Origin: Longimicrobiales bacterium
Lineage (GTDB): Bacteria > Gemmatimonadota > Gemmatimonadetes > Longimicrobiales > Gaopeijiaceae
Reading direction: 5' to 3'
DNA: 64,000 bases
Assembly (NCBI GenBank): GCA_965238005.1
Contig: OZ250165.1
Coordinates: 320,001 to 384,000 of the forward strand
The translations under genes were made by a program, and so were the position numbers. The first letter of the stretch is position 1. Each line of letters begins with the position of its first letter. Below the pieces are notes generated by a model. The model was not told the DNA's origin, searched no databases, and saw nothing but the letters and a program-made list of their open reading frames with translations. Below are positions 62,801-64,000 of this stretch, in pieces.

Positions 62801-63111
62801 AGGAAGACGTCGGTGTTGCCGTCGTATTGTCCGCTGAAGGCGATCCAACGCCCGTCCGGGGAGAAGCGGGGGTTCGACTCGGTCCCTACGTGGGTGGTGA
62901 GGCGTCGCGCCCCGCTTCCGTCCCGATTTGCCACCCACAGGTCACCGGCGTAGACGAAGGCGATGTGGTCCAGGCTCACCGCCGGCTGGGAGAGGAGTCG
63001 GGTGTCACGAATGTCCTGGGCCACAGTCGGCGTGGGCACGACCCCCGCCACGAGCAGGGCGGCCAGCGCTGACGTGAAGTACGCGGCAAAAGGAAGCCTG
63101 GTCGTACGCAT
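59812..63111 (-). CDS. Tricorn protease homologue (S41)
   Basis: PD40 propellers, PDZ-like region, IVDERYNGGG, AGSGGD, GKRTWGG. Confidence 0.95.
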   Translation of the reverse strand: MRTTRLPFAAYFTSALAALLVAGVVPTPTVAQDIRDTRLLSQPAVSLDHIAFVYAGDLWVANRDGSGARRLTTHVGTESNPRFSPDGRWIAFSGQYDGNTDVFLVPVEGGAPNRLTWHPGADVVQGFSPDGSEVLFASPRNVHTSRFRQLFTVSVGGGMPEQLPLPNAWKATYSPDGSHIAYTPVFESFNQWKHYRGGRASRIWLYNVADHSVVQIPQPEGRCNDTDPMWLGGKVYFRSDRNGEFNLFSYDPADRQVEQLTPHADFPIVNASAGGGQIIYEQAGYLHVFDPDRGQSAKLTVGVAADLNEARPRYATGTRYIRNAGISPSGARAVFEFRGDIVTVPAEKGDHRHLMSRSASHERSPAWSPDGKWIVYFSDASGEYELHIAPQDGKGEVRTIEVGGAGFYEDAKWSPDGKKISYTDNSWSLYVLDLESGRSRKIAQEPYYGEFKTLHHAWSPDSRWLAYTLNTQTYFQQVYLYSLEEGESHLITKGLSDVTEPVFDAGGKYLYFVASTNAGPVRDWFALSNQDMLMAGSLYLTVLAKGVESPLAKESDEQEAEEGGEGGEETEGMEVEEVRIDFEDLDHRILALPVDEALYTDLQPGPAGQLYYLKRDENFWRGRSPRQRFSGPGSLRRFDLEKREESTLLDDVNNYALSADKKRVLLLSGDNWIIADAKGKIDASKGRISAEEIQARIDPRAEWKQIFGEAWRINRDYFYDPDMHGADWPAMQEKYRVFLPHLTTRSDLNRVIMWMGSELAVGHHRVGGGDFGDRPDSIPGGLLGADFEVQAGRYRFERVYGGLNWDPELRSPLTEPGVDAQAGEYLLAVRRVELRPPENLYSRFENTAGKAVEITVGPNSDGSGSRTVTVVPIGNELALRNRDWVEGNMRKVDEATGGRVAYVYLPNTSTLGHAYFKRYFFPQANRDAIIVDERYNGGGYMADYYIDILRRPYASHWNTRYGNDLKTPIASIQGPKVMLIDENAGSGGDMLPWMFRKFGLGKLIGKRTWGGLVGTLGFPMLLDGGVISAPNFAIWVEDQGWIIENVGVPPDIEVEQYPADVFAGRDPQLERAIEEIMKELEANPPPKPTTPPYPVRVRR

Positions 63112-63365
63112 CGGTCTCTGCCTTTCCGGCGAGTACGGCAATCCAACGGATCCTGATCGTTGACAGGAGTGGGAGCAGTGCGAGGTCCCCGTCTATCCTA
63201 CAAAACCAACTCCACCCCCGCGGTGAAGTGAAAATCGTTCACTGTCTCGTCAAAGACACCAATTCGATAGATACGATCTTTTACCTCCAACCTCACTGCG
63301 GCTTTTTCTAAGACGAATAGTTTAATGCCAAACCCAGCGTTCCCGCAAAATCCTCAGCGGGTGGG

Positions 63366-63418
63366 GAATTAGCGCCTAGCATCAGACCCATCAAGCCATC
63401 GCCCAACCTCAGCATCAC
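63366..63418 (-). repeat. Repeat E, homologous to 42375-42428 and 41324-41342
   Basis: GTGATGCTGAGGTTGGGCGATGGC core. Confidence 0.7.
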
Positions 63419-63675
63419 TCGCTGCTGACCCTGTAGCCACGGCACGGGGCTGCCTCGTGCCCTGTTAACGCCCCAACCAAACGAAGTTTATGCGCAACAA
63501 TCCTGACCGCTCCACCCACGCCGAGGCGAGCCCCAACTAGCGCTGCTTACCGCGTCACTTTGTCGGACAAGACTCCCCGCAGCTTACCCCGCAGCAGCAA
63601 TCGCTCGGTGGACTGCTCTAGAACTCCAGCCGCTGCATCCGCAAATCCGAGGTCTGCGTCGGCAGCCGCCCACCT

Positions 63676-64000
63676 CTAGCTCGCCGGCACGATGTTCTGG
63701 TTGATGTGGAAGAGGTTGTCCGGGTCATAGGCCGCCTTCACTGCTGCGAGCCGCTCGTAGTTGGCGCCATAGTTTGCAGACGCACGGTGGTCGTCGTCGC
63801 TGGACATGAAGTTGATGTAGCCCCCATCGCTGCCCGAGTGGGGATGAATGGCTGCGTAATAGTCCTTCACCCACTTGGTGTTGGCTTCGTTGTCGGCAGG
63901 GTCGTCCCAAATTCCCACGATCACCGGGGCAAAGTTCTTGTCTCGGTGTCCGAAGGCGGTCTCGTCGGCGCTGACTCGCTGAGCCGCACCGTTGATCGGA
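63676..64000 (-). CDS. FAD-linked oxidoreductase with BBE domain, 3' part
   Basis: GGYINF..YGANYERLAAVKAAYDPDNLFHINQNI. Confidence 0.88.
   Translation of the reverse strand, partial: PINGAAQRVSADETAFGHRDKNFAPVIVGIWDDPADNEANTKWVKDYYAAIHPHSGSDGGYINFMSSDDDHRASANYGANYERLAAVKAAYDPDNLFHINQNIVPAS

Overview
GC-rich bacterial accessory region. Several gene families suggest Gemmatimonadota, which is an inference. It is a dense mobile-element graveyard. 0-3 kb: amino-acid genes (APC permease, homoserine dehydrogenase, a broken D-threonine-aldolase-like gene). 3-16 kb: remnants of a conjugative module (VirD4 fragment, VirB11/CpaF ATPase, very acidic mini-protein, ArdC, Replic_Relax-like nuclease) and of a P4-like integrative element (two tyrosine integrases, mobC remnant, AlpA, AbiEi-like and MmeI-like defence pseudogenes). 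17.3-27.0 kb: a 9.7-kb unit bounded by IS1595 ends with an 8-bp target duplication (TTACCAAA), which splits a lipoprotein gene whose two halves rejoin in frame. 28-64 kb: a mosaic of intact secreted or surface proteins and many gene stubs. It is punctuated by at least five IS91/ISCR-like rolling-circle termini (one decapitates a tRNA-His), four copies of a ~165-bp leader from a Ser/Thr kinase gene placed before unrelated sequences, other dispersed repeats, and a 23-nt GCGAAGC hairpin unit inserted repeatedly in the IS91 remnants. The best candidate for a novel system is Helitron-like gene-fragment capture by non-autonomous IS91-like ends, possibly combined with a portable expression leader. 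All family assignments come from motif recognition by eye; no database search was run.
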